From the NCBI GenBank assembly GCA_905178155.1, contig CAJINV010000017.1, positions 1,046,722-1,110,721 of the forward strand: a stretch of 64,000 bases of DNA, given 5' to 3'. Below, in pieces: positions 1 through 13,300 of this stretch. The position numbers were made by a program, and so were the translations under genes. The number at the start of each line of letters is the position of its first letter. Positions within the stretch are counted from its first letter, which is position 1. The notes beneath the pieces were generated by a model. That model was not told the origin of the DNA and did not search any database. It saw only the letters and a program-made list of their open reading frames with translations. Origin of the DNA: Amoebophrya sp. A120. Taxonomy: Eukaryota > Protista > Dinoflagellata.

Positions 1-1137
1 TCTAGTCGTTGGAGTTTTTTTGCGCTCAACCAGAAAACAAATCTGAAAACAAATTCTAGTTCTTGTCCTTACAACTGAGCAAAAGCTAGTGCCGCCTACG
101 CCGGTGTCTGCGCTACTGAAGTCGCGCATCAACGGTGGTCCATTTATTTGATCAACATCTGCCACCTCCACCTGGCCGCCGATCGTGCGATAGCGGCGCC
201 TTCATTTACTTGTGGGCCTAATCATTTGGGAGGACGCGACGCAGCTGGAAAAACTCGCAGAGGAGGACGCGATCACTGTCATTTCCACCTCGAATAGATT
301 TTCACATCATTCCAATGAAAATCAAAATGGATTCGGATGAAATAATCTGTGATAAAATATTTGGATGAACTTCTACAAGATCAGGAATGCAAGCAAGAGA
401 AGCCGTGGTATTTTTTTACTTGTTTTCACAACTGCACTAGAAGTGTCAAGATGGGAATTCGTTGGAGATTCGGTGGTGGAGTATCAATTACAGAAGTAAT
501 ATTACGAAGGAAATAGTGGCCATAGAAGTTTCAGTTTGTCACTCATGATTTACATTTTTGTGATTTGTTGGCTTACAACAAAAAGGGTTGGGCAGCTCTG
601 CTGCATACCATGAAAATGAGTCCGAGGCTAAGAAACTTGTGGTGGTTCATCAATGGAGTCCCCGACAAGCATGTCAGGATGCTCTTCCATTGGTGCGCTA
701 AGAAACTGTAAATCCGACCCCCCCGCCGCTGAACGGTAATTGCGTCAACATGCACCACAACACGTGTTTAGTTGACCGAAATAAGCGCAGCTACTAGTTC
801 CTGACTTTTTCCCGGCCATGCTGTTCCTTCAGGGTCGAGATCGCTTTCCGCGACTCGTAGTTTATCCTCGTCGAGATGTTGATCGTGATGTTGATCACGA
901 AGTCGATGATCTTCTTTATCTTTATTGTACTTGACGAGCACGACGACGGCTTGAAACGAGGCAAAAAAACGTTCTAAAAGATGAGAGTTTGTTAGTAGAC
1001 GAGAGCAAAGAAAAAGAACAGCGTGTGCGCTTCTTAAGGTGAGCGGGAAAGAAAAAGAAAGCTACACTGGAACAGGATTGGGAGGACGGTGCGATTACCG
1101 CCTGACGTGCGCAATACATTAGCGAAGATTCTTCACG

Positions 1138-1893
1138 ATGGCAGCCCCAGGTCGTCCTCCGAAGATTTTGGTTTTCGGCGCCAGCGGGCAGACTGGGAAG
1201 TACGTGACGAAATTCGCGCTCGAGTCTTCGAATGGCTACTGTGTGGTCGCGTTCGTCCGCACCCCCGACAAGTTGCGATCGCTGCTGCGCGACCTGGGCG
1301 TCCAGCAATCCGTCATCGATGCGCGTCTCGAGATCGTGCAGGGTGATTTGACTGATGCCGACGCGATTAAGAGCGTGATTCGCGAGAAGCTCACCCCCGA
1401 GACGGGCGACGTGATCATCAACTGTGCGGGGAAACCGAAGGCCTGCAGTCTGTGCGGCGGCGCGCCGCTGCTGCCGAACGCGGTGCGGGCGATCGTGGAG
1501 GCGATGCGACAGAAGGGGCTGAAGCGGTTTCTGAACCAGATGGGCGCGATGACAGTGGACAAGCGGCTGCGGCGCGATCCGTCGTACTACCCAAAGAAGT
1601 GCATGGTGCGCTGCTGTGGGCCCCTTATGTGCATCCGCGGCATGGTGGGGGACAACGAACAAGTGGCCCCGTTCCTCTACCAGGAGTGCGTCGATATCGA
1701 GTGGATCGTGAGCAGACCGGGACTGCTGGTGGAAGGGAAATCCAAGTGCGGCGAGAAACATACCATGGGTGTCGTGTCGAAGGAACCCTTTTCGACTGCG
1801 TACGTGGACCTCGGGGAGTGGACCGTGAAAGCGGTTTTCGACGCCAATCTGGTGCACACCTCGCCGACGCCGGGCTACGTCGCACGAAGATGA
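1138..1893 (+). CDS. NAD(P)-binding oxidoreductase, atypical SDR (flavin reductase/BLVRB-like, NAD_binding_10)
   Basis: Intronless 251-aa ORF with GC3-rich codons. It has the N-terminal Rossmann motif ILVFGASGQTG, then VAFVRTPDKL, IVQGDL, DVIINCAG and WIVSRPGLL. Confidence 0.8.
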   Translation: MAAPGRPPKILVFGASGQTGKYVTKFALESSNGYCVVAFVRTPDKLRSLLRDLGVQQSVIDARLEIVQGDLTDADAIKSVIREKLTPETGDVIINCAGKPKACSLCGGAPLLPNAVRAIVEAMRQKGLKRFLNQMGAMTVDKRLRRDPSYYPKKCMVRCCGPLMCIRGMVGDNEQVAPFLYQECVDIEWIVSRPGLLVEGKSKCGEKHTMGVVSKEPFSTAYVDLGEWTVKAVFDANLVHTSPTPGYVARR

Positions 1894-2003
1894 GCGCTGA
1901 AACCATGACTCTAACGTCGCTCGTCGTCCTCGACAGATGAAATAAATGAATGTGATCTCCATTTCCAGGAGGAGCGTCAATCCGGATCACTGCTGTGTGG
2001 TAG

Positions 2004-2040
2004 CCTCTGGATACTTAAGTAATACTTAAGTATCCAGAGG
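2004..2040. repeat. Perfect 18-bp inverted repeat with 1-nt loop
   Basis: cctctggatacttaagta-a-tacttaagtatccagagg, downstream of the oxidoreductase stop. Confidence 0.9.
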
Positions 2041-3406
2041 TAGATGCACACAGAGATAGCACACAGAGATAGATGCATTGGACTGATTGTATTCCTGTAT
2101 CCTAGTTCAGTAGATCTAGATGAAGGAGTTTTCATTTTGTAAGTCTTCAAACACGAGGACGACGCCTGAAAAGTATAAACAAGGAAAGTTAGACGAAGAG
2201 AACAGAACAGAGAGGAGAAGGAGTATTTTAGTATTTTAAGAAACACAGCGGAAGCACGGGGCATTTTTAGTTACGATAAAAAAACAAGACAGTAGATCTT
2301 CCCGTTTCGAGGAGCACGCCCAACCACATTACGCAACTAACAGCGCGAGTTGTAGCAGGTGCCAGTGCAGTCACATGTGGTTCTATAAATATGAAGTATG
2401 AAGACGATTACTTTTATTTGTACTATGTATAGATGACGGACGAGATTTGTTGCAATAAAAAGAACAGTTTCTCCAAGACCGTAAGATAAGTAGGTTTCCC
2501 TTTGGTATTATCAAAACAGAGCAAGACCACTTCTCAACTCATTTTTTTTTCTTTCACAGGGCAGTGCTGTTGCTGCCTTAAGCAAACTTTTGTAGTTTTA
2601 AAGGTGATTTTCGCAACCCAACCTCCCGACCACAGTAGGACGCAGGCTTTGGAAGTAAGTAAACTTTTTCCTCCGGCAGGCGCACACTTTTAGACTTTCA
2701 ACTGGAACTGTCTCTACCGGATGAACAAGAACAGCACGACTTACTTGAAGGCTAAACAGCTTCATTATGAAAGTCCGCAAGAATTTCATCGCCAGGACTA
2801 CCTAGGCGTAGGCCGAATTCGATCAATTATCTTGTACGCTTTTTAGAAAGGAAGATATTAAAAAGCCTAGAAGTACGCTAAAGTAGAATCCAAAGAACTG
2901 CGGGTGTTTTAGTTTGTCATCGAGTAGCGCTAGAATCGTGAGAAAAAAGATCTGCCCTACATCAAACCTCGTACGCATCGCCACGAGCCCACCAGAACAA
3001 ACAAACACACGAGAGTCGTTGCGCAAACGAGTCACAAAACAGTCCCCCTCCCTTGGAATGTATTAGATGTAATACAATAAACAATGAGTTTTGTGCTAGA
3101 AGAACTGGTCTTGAACTCACCCAAAACCGCCCAAGGCAACTGAGTCTTTGTTTTCAATAGAAGAAGGCAAGGACTTTGGAAATAAGATTAAAAGTGTCGA
3201 TATAATGGTCCTCATCACGACAACTGAAAATCTTTGTTTCTCGTTTGTCGCATGACGATGTTTCTACGAAATTCACCAATAGTGCCACGTAGTGTAACCA
3301 TATGTATGAATATAAGCATCCAACTTCTACGAACAGGGATTGCATCTAGTGGCGTACTACAACTGTAGTCACTACTTCTTGCTCCTAACCACACGAAGGG
3401 ACCATC

Positions 3407-6400
3407 ATGTCGGACGTTCTGTGGACCGGTGACTGCGTGTGCTGCGGCCAGCGCGAGCGGCTGGGCTACAGCCGGCGGCACGAGGGTTTCCACTGTTGCG
3501 CGTGCCACGACTACTTTGACAGCAGCTCGCGCAACAGCTCCTTGGCAAGTAGCGGCCGCGCTGTGTCGTCCGACGACTTTTTTGTGTACAGCATCCGCCC
3601 CCCGTTTTCCAGCTTTGCCGACCAGATCGTGGTCTCGGCGGGCAGCTCGAAACGGCACTGCGGACGCGGGACGGGGGCAAGTCTCTGGATTTCCGCGGAG
3701 CTTCTCATGGCGCACATGCTCTGGTTCCTCAAGTTCGATCACTTCGCATCAACAACAACCACGGAGGCGGTAAAGAACGTCGATAAAGGAGGCGCTAATA
3801 GTCTTCTTGGAGGTCGATCGAGCCTAGGAGGAGGACCAGGTACCAGCACCGCGCTCATCAGCAACAAAGGCTACGCGGCCAGGAGGGACCTCGTGAGCCG
3901 AGCAGTGACGCTGGTGCGCGCGAAACTTCTCCGGGAAGATCAGGTCGTGAATAAGAACTGCCACGTTGTGCCGCAGCACTGGAAGCTTGCTGTTAACGAC
4001 AGATGTGACTTCCTCGGAGACCACGTGGGTTCTTGTGCTGTTCCGCTGAGCTCCACTAGGAACAGTCATGCCAGAGGACAAGAACAAATCGTCGAGCAGC
4101 CCCATCAAGTGGAAGTTGGCGCTGGAGTGCTGGACCACGCGGCCGCGCCTTCATCTCCCAGCGCCGCAGGAACAACCACTTGCAGTTCCTCCGCGCTTCT
4201 TTTGCAGAAGAGCCTGTATTTGCACCAGCTGACAAGGATTTTTGACGATCCTGCCGCGGTGCAGGTCGCAGACATGAACTCTATGCCGCCACCGGCGTTA
4301 GTATGTTCTCGGCCAGCACAAGGGGGCAGCACGACCACGAGCACAACAGCACTGGGATTCGCTGGCGCTGGTGGAACAGTTGCGCGCAGCGAAGGCGATG
4401 GTCCAGCAGCGGGTCGTGCCGCGGAAACCGGTACTAGAACTGGGAATAACGACCAGAATGCGCTGTGTCACATAGACTCCGTCTCCGCCTCCCCGCCGCG
4501 TTCACCGGGAGGAAGCATGAAACGAGCACGGGATAATCATGAACAGGGTGGAGAACCAGAAGCACCCTTGCAGGCCGTGGGTCGTTCGACGTTGGTCGAG
4601 GAAAACAAGAAGAATATCGACACCGCGCGTAGTGGCACCAGCGCGACATCAATCCCCGCGCCTGCGGGAGGAGTGACGCTGGTTCCGGCAACCGCGGCTA
4701 ACATCCAACTAGTGGAAGACCGGCACCAGCAGAATGTCCCCACCCTTGTGCGGCAGGGCCAACAGTTGCTGTCTTCCCCGGTCTCCTTCGTTACCAGCGA
4801 GAACGATGAGGAGGACCTGGATGTAATCCAGGACTTTTACAACCAAGAAAACGAGGAGATGTCGTCGACCACCGCGTCCTGGGTGGACCCAAACGAACAG
4901 GAAGACCGCTACCGCTCGCTGTATGACGACGTTTGCAACTATGGGAGTGTCAGAATCGAAATTGACAAAATCGAAAAACTTGCGATGCACAAAATCGATG
5001 TCAGTTGGAGCCTCAGTTTCCAAGTGGCGCATGACAAACTTCGGGAGCACCCAAATCCAGTCTGTCATGCTGTTTGGGCACAGAAGACTGCTCCTGTCGT
5101 GCTACTCTGGCAGCACATTGCATACCCCTAAACAGGCTTACAATCGCTCTCATTTGCCTGCTCCCCGATACAGGCCTTCAGTGTCCTACATTTTACGCAT
5201 CACAAACTTTTCGACTTTTTCGGTTTCGATCCTGACACATCCATAGCAACGGCGACAGCAGGCCGCTCGTTTCCTCGATGCTCTGCGGACCGGACGTGGA
5301 GGCGTTTTTTCTGCTCGCCCTGGAGCAACAGATCGAGGAGAAGCGGAAACTGGAAGCGGAGCTAGCAGAAGCGAACAGAGCAGTTGTAGCAGCACCAGTA
5401 CCGGGGTCTTGCTCAGTAGGCGCGAGTTCTTTTCCGCCCGTCCCCCCGCCCATTTCGCAGTCCCTGCCCCCGCGGCAGCAGAGCCGGATGAGCGGTAAAA
5501 TCAAGAAGCGGTTTCGCATGCGCACCGATTCGGTCCTTATGGAGCTCGGGTGCGGCCTCGCGCAGCCGAGCATCTGCCTGGGGTTGAACAGTTTGGCGAA
5601 TTACACCGGAAATCACCCAGCAGTCGTGAACCCCGACGGCAGCGTGTGCTCCGCCTCCCCGATGGCGAGCGTTGCTCCTGTAAACCCACTGTTTAACCAA
5701 ATTGCGACAAGCGCAGGAACTTCTACTGATCGTGATGTGCACGATATTGACAGCAGCTGCACGATGTTGATGCAACTCGAAGACGGGCGGGGGGCCACAA
5801 AAATTATGACTGCCTCGTTGGAAGGAGATGGACGTGGACCATCAAGAACAGTTTCGGCCGCTGGGGGAGGTGCTGCTTCTGCATCTAGTACAACTTCAGC
5901 TCCTTCTCATCCGCACCACAAGAGGGCGAGTGTGGAGTTCGACGAGGACAGGGGAGATTATGATCACCAGGATGAGGACAACTACGCTCATCTCGGCGTG
6001 CTGCTGGACTACAATGCTACGGACCAGAACGCGGTCGGGGAAACATCAAGAACGGCGGCCGCAAGAAGCAACAGTACTACACCTGGAAGTAGTAGAACTA
6101 CCCAGCCAGCCGTGGTTCACCTGGATGCCTTACAGGCACAGATGGAGCGCTTACTAGAAGAACAAGCTGCAGGAAAAAGCAGCGGCACTAATACTCCTGC
6201 GACCTCTTCGCACGGGAAAGCGCGAAAAATCGACGACCACGCCGACAATTTTCTTGTGCCTGCTGGTGCAGACGGGCCTGCAAATATTCCGCCGGCTGAG
6301 CTGAAAACACCAAGTAGCAGTAAGAACACCGTACCTAGTAACGATCAATCGAGTGACGTTCTTGTGCCAGCTGGAGCTTCGTCAACAAAGCTCAAAGCAG

Positions 6401-9152
6401 TACAACATCACCGATTTCCGCGTATCGTCGCCACTGATATGGGCGTGGTGCTGCCGATCACGGAGGAAAACGTCGAGTGGATATGGGGTGCAAATATCGA
6501 TCTGGGTCTGGAAGATCTGTGATGTGCGATCTGAAGGATATTAACCTTGACAAGGTCAAGGTTAGGACTGACCGACTTTTCTGTCATTCTGAATGAAGCC
6601 AGTTCGTGATGCGTTTTGCTTTTGCGAATGAACAATCTGCATTCAATGAATAAGGATAAGCATAAGCTGCATCGTAAAATGTTTGAGGTTGTTTCTTCTA
6701 CGGGTGCGAGGTTATGCAAAAATGCAAGCGGGTGCGACTACGCGAGTATCAATCAGCGACAGAAATTTCCCGACCGAGATCTTCGATATTTGCAGTGCAT
6801 AGCGGAACTTTCGCTACCACGTGCTCAAGGAACCCGTCCGGTTTGCGAAGCCGCAAAACCAGTTCAACACCAACATCGGGTTTCTGGAACGCGAATACCG
6901 CGACTCCGAGGCCGACAATGTGTCCATGATTGGTGCGGGTAGTTCCCAAAACTTGGTCAATATGGGCTTGATGGCAGGCGGAGCAGCAGGAGCACTACCA
7001 GTGCCGACAAATTACAACTTGTCATCCACTTCCCGCGGCAACATGAATGTAGTCGCGCGCGGCGGTACCAGAAGTGCTGGAACAAGTGGAGCTACTTCTA
7101 GTACAACTACTTCATCTGGGGCACCGAGAACAACTATCCCTGGCACAACCAGCCTGTTTCTGCAAGAACACCCATCTACTTCAAGTGCTGCAGCGAGAAA
7201 CACTCCACAAGTCGACGGCTCTCCGATGGAAGTGGATGCGGCGTCGGTTGAGCCCCCGCCGATTTTTTCTGGGTCGTCCTCCTCCCGAACCACCGCGAAT
7301 GGGGAACAACCACAACAAGACGCGGAAGCCAGCAGGTGCCTGAATCTTCACCAAAGTAACGGCGGGGGTCCGCAGAGCAACAGCAAGCTGGACCGCGCGC
7401 CTTCTTGGACCCTGCCCCAGGGACCACCGCCCCAGGCCGCTCAAATCGTGCAGCCTGGTGGTACTAGTCTTTTCGGTGGAGGTTCTGCAGGTGCTGCTGG
7501 CCCGACACATGGTACCAACGTGAATCTTCTAGAAGGCGGGATTTCGAGCAGCAAAGCTCCTCTTGGTCGTGGCCATGGAATGCATCTACCGCACAACAAC
7601 CCAATGTCAAGCGGGAGCGAGGTCAACCATAGTGGTACCATGCCAAATAGAACGAACGTCGGCGCCACATCGTCGTATCCCCCCGCAAGCCAGAATCATC
7701 TTCAGCCGCCGTCGTTGCAGCGCGGCCGCAACGTGATGCGCACGCCGCAAGACCATATCAGTCAAACCGCTGCGCGGCAGTCGCCCTTTGGCGGGGGTCC
7801 GTTTCCCACGTCCACCTATCCGCGCGCGGGGAAGCGGTCGGCCGAGAACCTGGCCAGTCTGGCTATGGATTGCAAAAGTATCGCACTAAGGTAAATAAAA
7901 TTGCATCATTAGAGCACGACAAATGAAGTTCGTTATCGTTACGACGGTGAATAATTGCCGCTGAAATCAGTTTAAGTTTTGTCATGATCGATAGATTGCA
8001 ATTCCTAGCAGGAGTGCGATACAACTTTTGCACAGGATGCTGGCAGAGCAGAAACCAAACTACAGCTTCTCGGCTAAGGACCAGCAGGAATTGCGGGCGC
8101 TGGACGTGGCCCAGGTCCGGCAGCTGCAGTGGGGGGAAAAGGAGCAAACCTTGAACCTGATCCAGGAGTTTGGGCAGCCCGACTTTTTGATTGGCTCGAG
8201 CCTCTGCTACGACGAGGACTTTTCGGTCTCGTTGCTCGAAACCTTCCTGCAGCTCGCAAAGCCCGCGGTGTTTTGGGATATCCACACGAAAACCACCATC
8301 CCCATCCAATTTGTCATGCAAAACATGTATAAAATCCGTAAAATCCTGTGTTTGTCATGCATAAGATGGATGGGGGAGGTTTTTTTTTCCTGGATATGGG
8401 AGCCCGAGGAGCTATTGTTCCTGCGAAAAAAGGTGTTGCAAGACCTCGCGGCAAGTTCTCCGTCGACCAGGAATTCTAGTTCGTTTTTCCCGTCGTCGCG
8501 TGGTAGTACAAGGCGTGAGTCAACAAGTACTTCTCAAAATAAATCCTCTCCGACGACGCTGACAACGAGCTTGCTGTCCCACGCGACCCGCGATGTGCTG
8601 CTCCATGAACTCACGGAGGATGAGCTGCAGCGGCAAATCTCGGACAACCGGAAAAAGTTCGCCGCCGCCACGGCACCGCCCTTTGGAGGGGTCGTGCTTA
8701 GTAGTACGTCGGAGATCATGAGTAGCTTTCTGCCCACGATGAACGAGGTACGAGTGAACGAGGACAACTCGGATTTGAGTGGCACAACGAGGTACCTCCG
8801 GTCGGGCACGATTCTGGTGCTGGCGCTGGAGCAGAGGGATCGAGATCTGGACAACTTTTTGAAGTACGCGACCGAGTACGTGGAAGCGGGCAAGTTGGTG
8901 ATGAAGTTGGTGAAAACCCTGCGCGGCACACACGCGTACGCCAGCCCGACGAAAATCTACGAGTGCTACGTGCCCATCCAGGTGACCGAAGAGCAGAGCG
9001 CCCTGGACGCGGTCGTCGGGGGCGGCAACAGGGCGGCTGCAGGTGCTGCTGGTGGAGTTACAACTCCAGTCTTTGCACCGGCGAGCTTAGCCGGGATCAA
9101 CTACGGACGAGGTGCGGGGGCTAGTGGTGCAGCCACCTCCGCTAATAGCTAG
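3407..9152 (+). CDS. METTL21/Methyltransf_16-like SAM-dependent methyltransferase with large low-complexity insertions; 5 exons (~3407-4939, 5251-6476, 6802-7863, 8045-8278, 8402-9152)
   Basis: Family motifs occur in order: GTGASLWISAELL, VLMELGCG, IVATD, EENVE|RNF, LQWG, DFLIGSSLCY, LVLALEQRD. Removing each introner plus one TSD copy joins the ORFs in frame. Confidence 0.75.
4940..5245. mobile_element. Introner (non-canonical MITE-like intron)
   Basis: Imperfect ~55-bp TIR tatgggagtgtcagaatcgaaa...tttcgatcctgacacatccata. Perfect TSD GCAAC (4935-4939 / 5246-5250). Excision gives VCN|GDSR in frame. Confidence 0.85.
6482..6801. mobile_element. Introner
   Basis: TIR tatggggtgcaaatatcga...tcgatatttgcagtgcata. 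TSD GTGGA/GCGGA. Excision restores EENVE|RNFRY. Confidence 0.85.
7864..8039. mobile_element. Introner
   Basis: TIR core tgcaaaagtatcgcact...agtgcgatacaacttttgca. Perfect TSD CTGGC. Excision gives SLA|EQKP in frame. Confidence 0.85.
8279..8396. mobile_element. Short introner (in-frame, stop-free)
   Basis: TIR tatcca...tggata, related to 59384-59494. Perfect TSD TGGGA. The 123-nt intron is read through by the ORF track. Confidence 0.85.
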
Positions 9153-10307
9153 TGGAGCTTGAAAATCGACAGGCGAGCCGGGAGTTCTGCAAAATAAATT
9201 TCGGTGGGTTTAGTATGTTCATGAAGCTTCTAGAAAGTTTAAGTTCATTTTCATACCGCAGCCGAAGTAGAAGTACTGACGAACTGCCAACATTACATTG
9301 ATAACGATGTCCTCGATGCTTAGCATGTTGCTTCACGACCACGAGGACCGCCACCATTGAAAACCATTTCTTGCTCCGCTAAGAACTGAATTCCGACTTC
9401 TAAAATCGAGCCGAAACTACATGGTGCGCAAGTCTCCACCAAGTAGCTAGCAGAGTGACGGTGAAAGACCCTCTAACCCACATCCACAAACTACGTTCTA
9501 ACTGTAGGCTGATGTACATTATACTGTAAGTGTAAATAATAAAGACGCTTTTCATCACATCATGTTCATGTTCATGGTCATGTTTTCGAGGGGAAGTGAC
9601 GAGGGCGAGCACAACGTGGACCCGAAGAACGTCTGTCATGAAATATCGCAGGATGGTGTGGTGTCGTCACCACGTCCGTCTTCCCAGCATCGTTTCGCGA
9701 TCTGTATACGCGCCGCCGAATCTGATTGAGATTGACAAAATTGCTTTCTGGGCCGGATGCTTCTTTCTCTTTTTTTGCTCGTACTATCTTTGTGTATCAT
9801 TCAAGTTTCTTCGTAGAGTTTAGACAGGCCGTTGCGTGGTGCCGGTGCGTCTGCGTGCAGCAGCTACCTTGCACATGATCAATGCATTGCGTGGAGGTTG
9901 TTTGTTTGTGTCGTAGTTGTTCTGTTCCTGGTGTGGTATTGGCAATGGCGGACGGAGTTCCTGTGAGTGTGAGCGGCCAGAGTCCCCTACTTCAAGCTTG
10001 CCTCCCCTACCACGAGTGTATACCACCCAGTTCAAAAGCGGCGCACTGCACATATTACCACAAAACGTAACATTGCCTGTCCGAGAGTAAAGCAAAGTGC
10101 ATACGTACCTACAGATATAACGTGACTGGCGCTTCACCTTCAGATTCAGCGCCCACATTTTCGTTGTGTGATGGGATCATCCACAAGAGTGCTCTGCTTG
10201 AGACAAAAAATTGATATGAGGAATGAGAATGAGCCAAAAAATGTACTAGGTCCTCGGAGTTAGAAGTAGACACCATCGACATCGCCGAAAAGAAGCCGTG
10301 CAATATC

Positions 10308-13300
10308 ATGTCTCTCCTCCTTCCAAGAAGGAGCTTATCGCCGGTTTCTAAGGCGGGTTTTCATCAACTGCAACAAGCAGGAGACGAGGGCCACACCTCC
10401 TCTAGAACTACGAGCACGCCTCCTCCTGTATCGTCTTTGTCGCACGAAAATATGGAGGAAGTGCAAAAGGAAAAGTCTAAGTCAGTTGATCAGGAGCAAA
10501 TAAGTGCGATGATCCTGCAACAGTTGCAGCAAGGTCGTCGTCCGCACGACAGCGAAAGTATTAATCCAACGATGAAATCCGACAACCCGGCCACAGCACA
10601 ACTACCAGCAGCCTCCCTGCTCCCGGAAGACAGTCCGGGAAACGCCAGCACGGTAGCTACGGTGGTGTTGAACGGTTCGGACGATGTTGAAACGTCGCAA
10701 GTCGAAATCGCGCCGGACGAAGAGACAGTGATCGTGGACCATCAGGACGAATTGGACTTGTTTCAAAATTTCGAGGAAAATGTTCTGCTGACGCGAAATG
10801 GTGGTGGGAATGGGAAACAGGAGCTCCTCAACGGGCGGCCACAACTCGTGGCAGACGCAGGTGTCGTTCCGCCTCGCGGACCGATCGTCACTCCGGACAA
10901 GAATGTCGAGCGGAGGAAAGTAACCGAGGGTCTGAAGGACCAAGAGCTGCAAAGTAAAAACGCACAATGCAACAGAACCGAAGCTGGCGGAGGCGCGTTC
11001 CTCTCTAATACAACCAGTCGCAGTCCTTCCTGTGTGAGTCTAGCAGATCATGGCTGCAGCGCGTGCGAGGACGACGAGGAAAACAGCATTGACCTCGTTA
11101 CCGAGGAGTGTTGTGAAGATGATGATACAAGGAACTACGATCGCGTACCAGCGACGTCGGTGAACTACGACCCAGCTTCCGGCACGATCAGCGGACTACA
11201 AGGAGGGGCAGGTGTTCTTTCGCAGAAACGTGACGTCGAGAATGAAATGATCGTGAGCAAGAAGATCATGACGAAGGAGAATGCAACTACAACCAACACC
11301 TTACTTCACTCCAACCCCAGCACGCCTTCCATCGAAGCGCCGTCCCCAATCGTCGACGAGGACGAGGAGCAAGAGCAGTTTTTTCTCGTGGCCCGCACGG
11401 ATAGCGACGAACAGGAGCGACAGGACAGAAAGCGCAGGGAGCTGTTGTCCTCTTTGGCGCAGACGGGAGAAGCGCTGCACGGAAAGGTTGAAAACGATCC
11501 CTCCGCAGTTCTCCTCCAGCTGCAGCAGCAGCTTGAAAAGCGGGACGCCCGGATTGCGCGGTTGGAAGCGCAGTTTTCCATTCTCGCGAGTAGCACGGAG
11601 GCGTCGCACAATCTGCTGAACAGCTGTGATCAACTGGTACATGGAGCCACCGCTTTGTCATCTGCCTCTGCGTCTGATGTTGGCGCCGTGGATCAAACTC
11701 ATCTACTAGGTCACACTGCTGCTGCTGCTGCATCAACCGGCGCAGGAGAGCTGCAAGGTCAGCAAGATAAACCAAACTCGAGCATCAAGATGATGACAAA
11801 CGACACTAGTGGTCTCCCTCTCCTCAAAAAGAGTTACCAAGCGATTCTGACTTCGAGTTCTTCTCCGATAGGGAGTAATTACGCGGACAACTACTCGTGC
11901 GGTTCGGACGTCGTTTTTTCTCCGGATCTGCAGTCTGCTTTGGACAAAGTTCACATTCACGCGAGGACCAGTTTCCCGTATTGGCAAGCAGAAGGAGGAC
12001 AAAGAAATCAATACGCAAGTAGAAGTATCAACTTCCGTGATTCATCCGCCCATGGCGAAACTGCTGGTGCTGAAGATGCCCTTTCTACCTCCTCCGGCCC
12101 GTCGCCTCCGTTGTCCTCTTCGCATGGGGAAGAAGTAGCAGGGCAAGGGCTTCTATTAAGCGATTGCGATCATGAAGAAGAAGTGCATAAAAAACAACAA
12201 GCTCTGTTGCAAGAACTACACAATAACAATTTACAAAGTCAGCCTGTTGTGCGCTTTGTCTCCCCTATCCAGTCTACCGCCGCCCCGCAATTTTTCAGCA
12301 TCGGCACCCCCGCGGCGAAACCCTCCCTGCGACCAACGTCTTTGGTAATGAACTACAACCGTTGTAGCAGGAGCTCCTGTGGCGCCACCGGAGGTCTAAC
12401 AACTTTGGTAGACGACCATCCTCCAGAGGAAAAAGTTAAAGCCACAACCTCGGTGCCACGGATAACGATGGCTGCGACGATGGGTCATCTTAATGCGACA
12501 CTAGTAACTTCGAACTACTACCTCTCCACCTCTCCTGGCAGCAAAATGGTAGGAGCGAAGAACAAGGTGGTAGGAGTACCGGAGGAAGTCTTCTCTCCGG
12601 AAATCGTGGCGCGCGGGCTTCGCAGAGGGGAAGAAGAGGAGGACCTTGCAAGTGGTCTCATTGCCTGGAGCCCTGAGCGACTTGTTTGTCGTGCTGGCGC
12701 AGTCAAGAACGCAGGCTCTTCTAGTGGCCTTTTGCACGAACAACAGGGGCAGCAGCAGCCGAAGAAGGGTATTTTGAAGAAGAAAGCCATGGTGTCAGCA
12801 ACAGAGGATACCACCACGGCTCGCGGTTGTACGTCTGCAAGCGCGGTTGATAAAATCGAGAAAAAGCCGTCGTTTTACGTGCTCCCAGAGGCTGTAGCGG
12901 CAGGGGGTACAAGTGAAGAAATAAAAAGCATTAGCGCGACCAGCAAGTACATGACCGAGGACCTACAGGGTGGCACGACGACATGCATGGCCATGGGAGG
13001 TCACGAACACGAGAGGAAAAATGGTGGCCCGCAGGGCAAAGCGGAGGGTGCGGTGGCATCAACTCGTACTGACGGAGGACAAAATGAAATCAGTGCGCCG
13101 ATTTCGTCCAAGACCAGCAAGAACAAATCGAAAAAGCCCTCCGCGCCAGCACCGCACCCCCGTCGGCAGTCGCCTCGGTTGACAACCTCCCTTCACACCC
13201 ACATGACGGCCTCGTCTGCGAACAAGTTGAAAGAGCATTTGTTTCATCAGCATGCAACTTCAACATCCGCTACACGAACGACCCGTCCTAGCGCAGCAAA

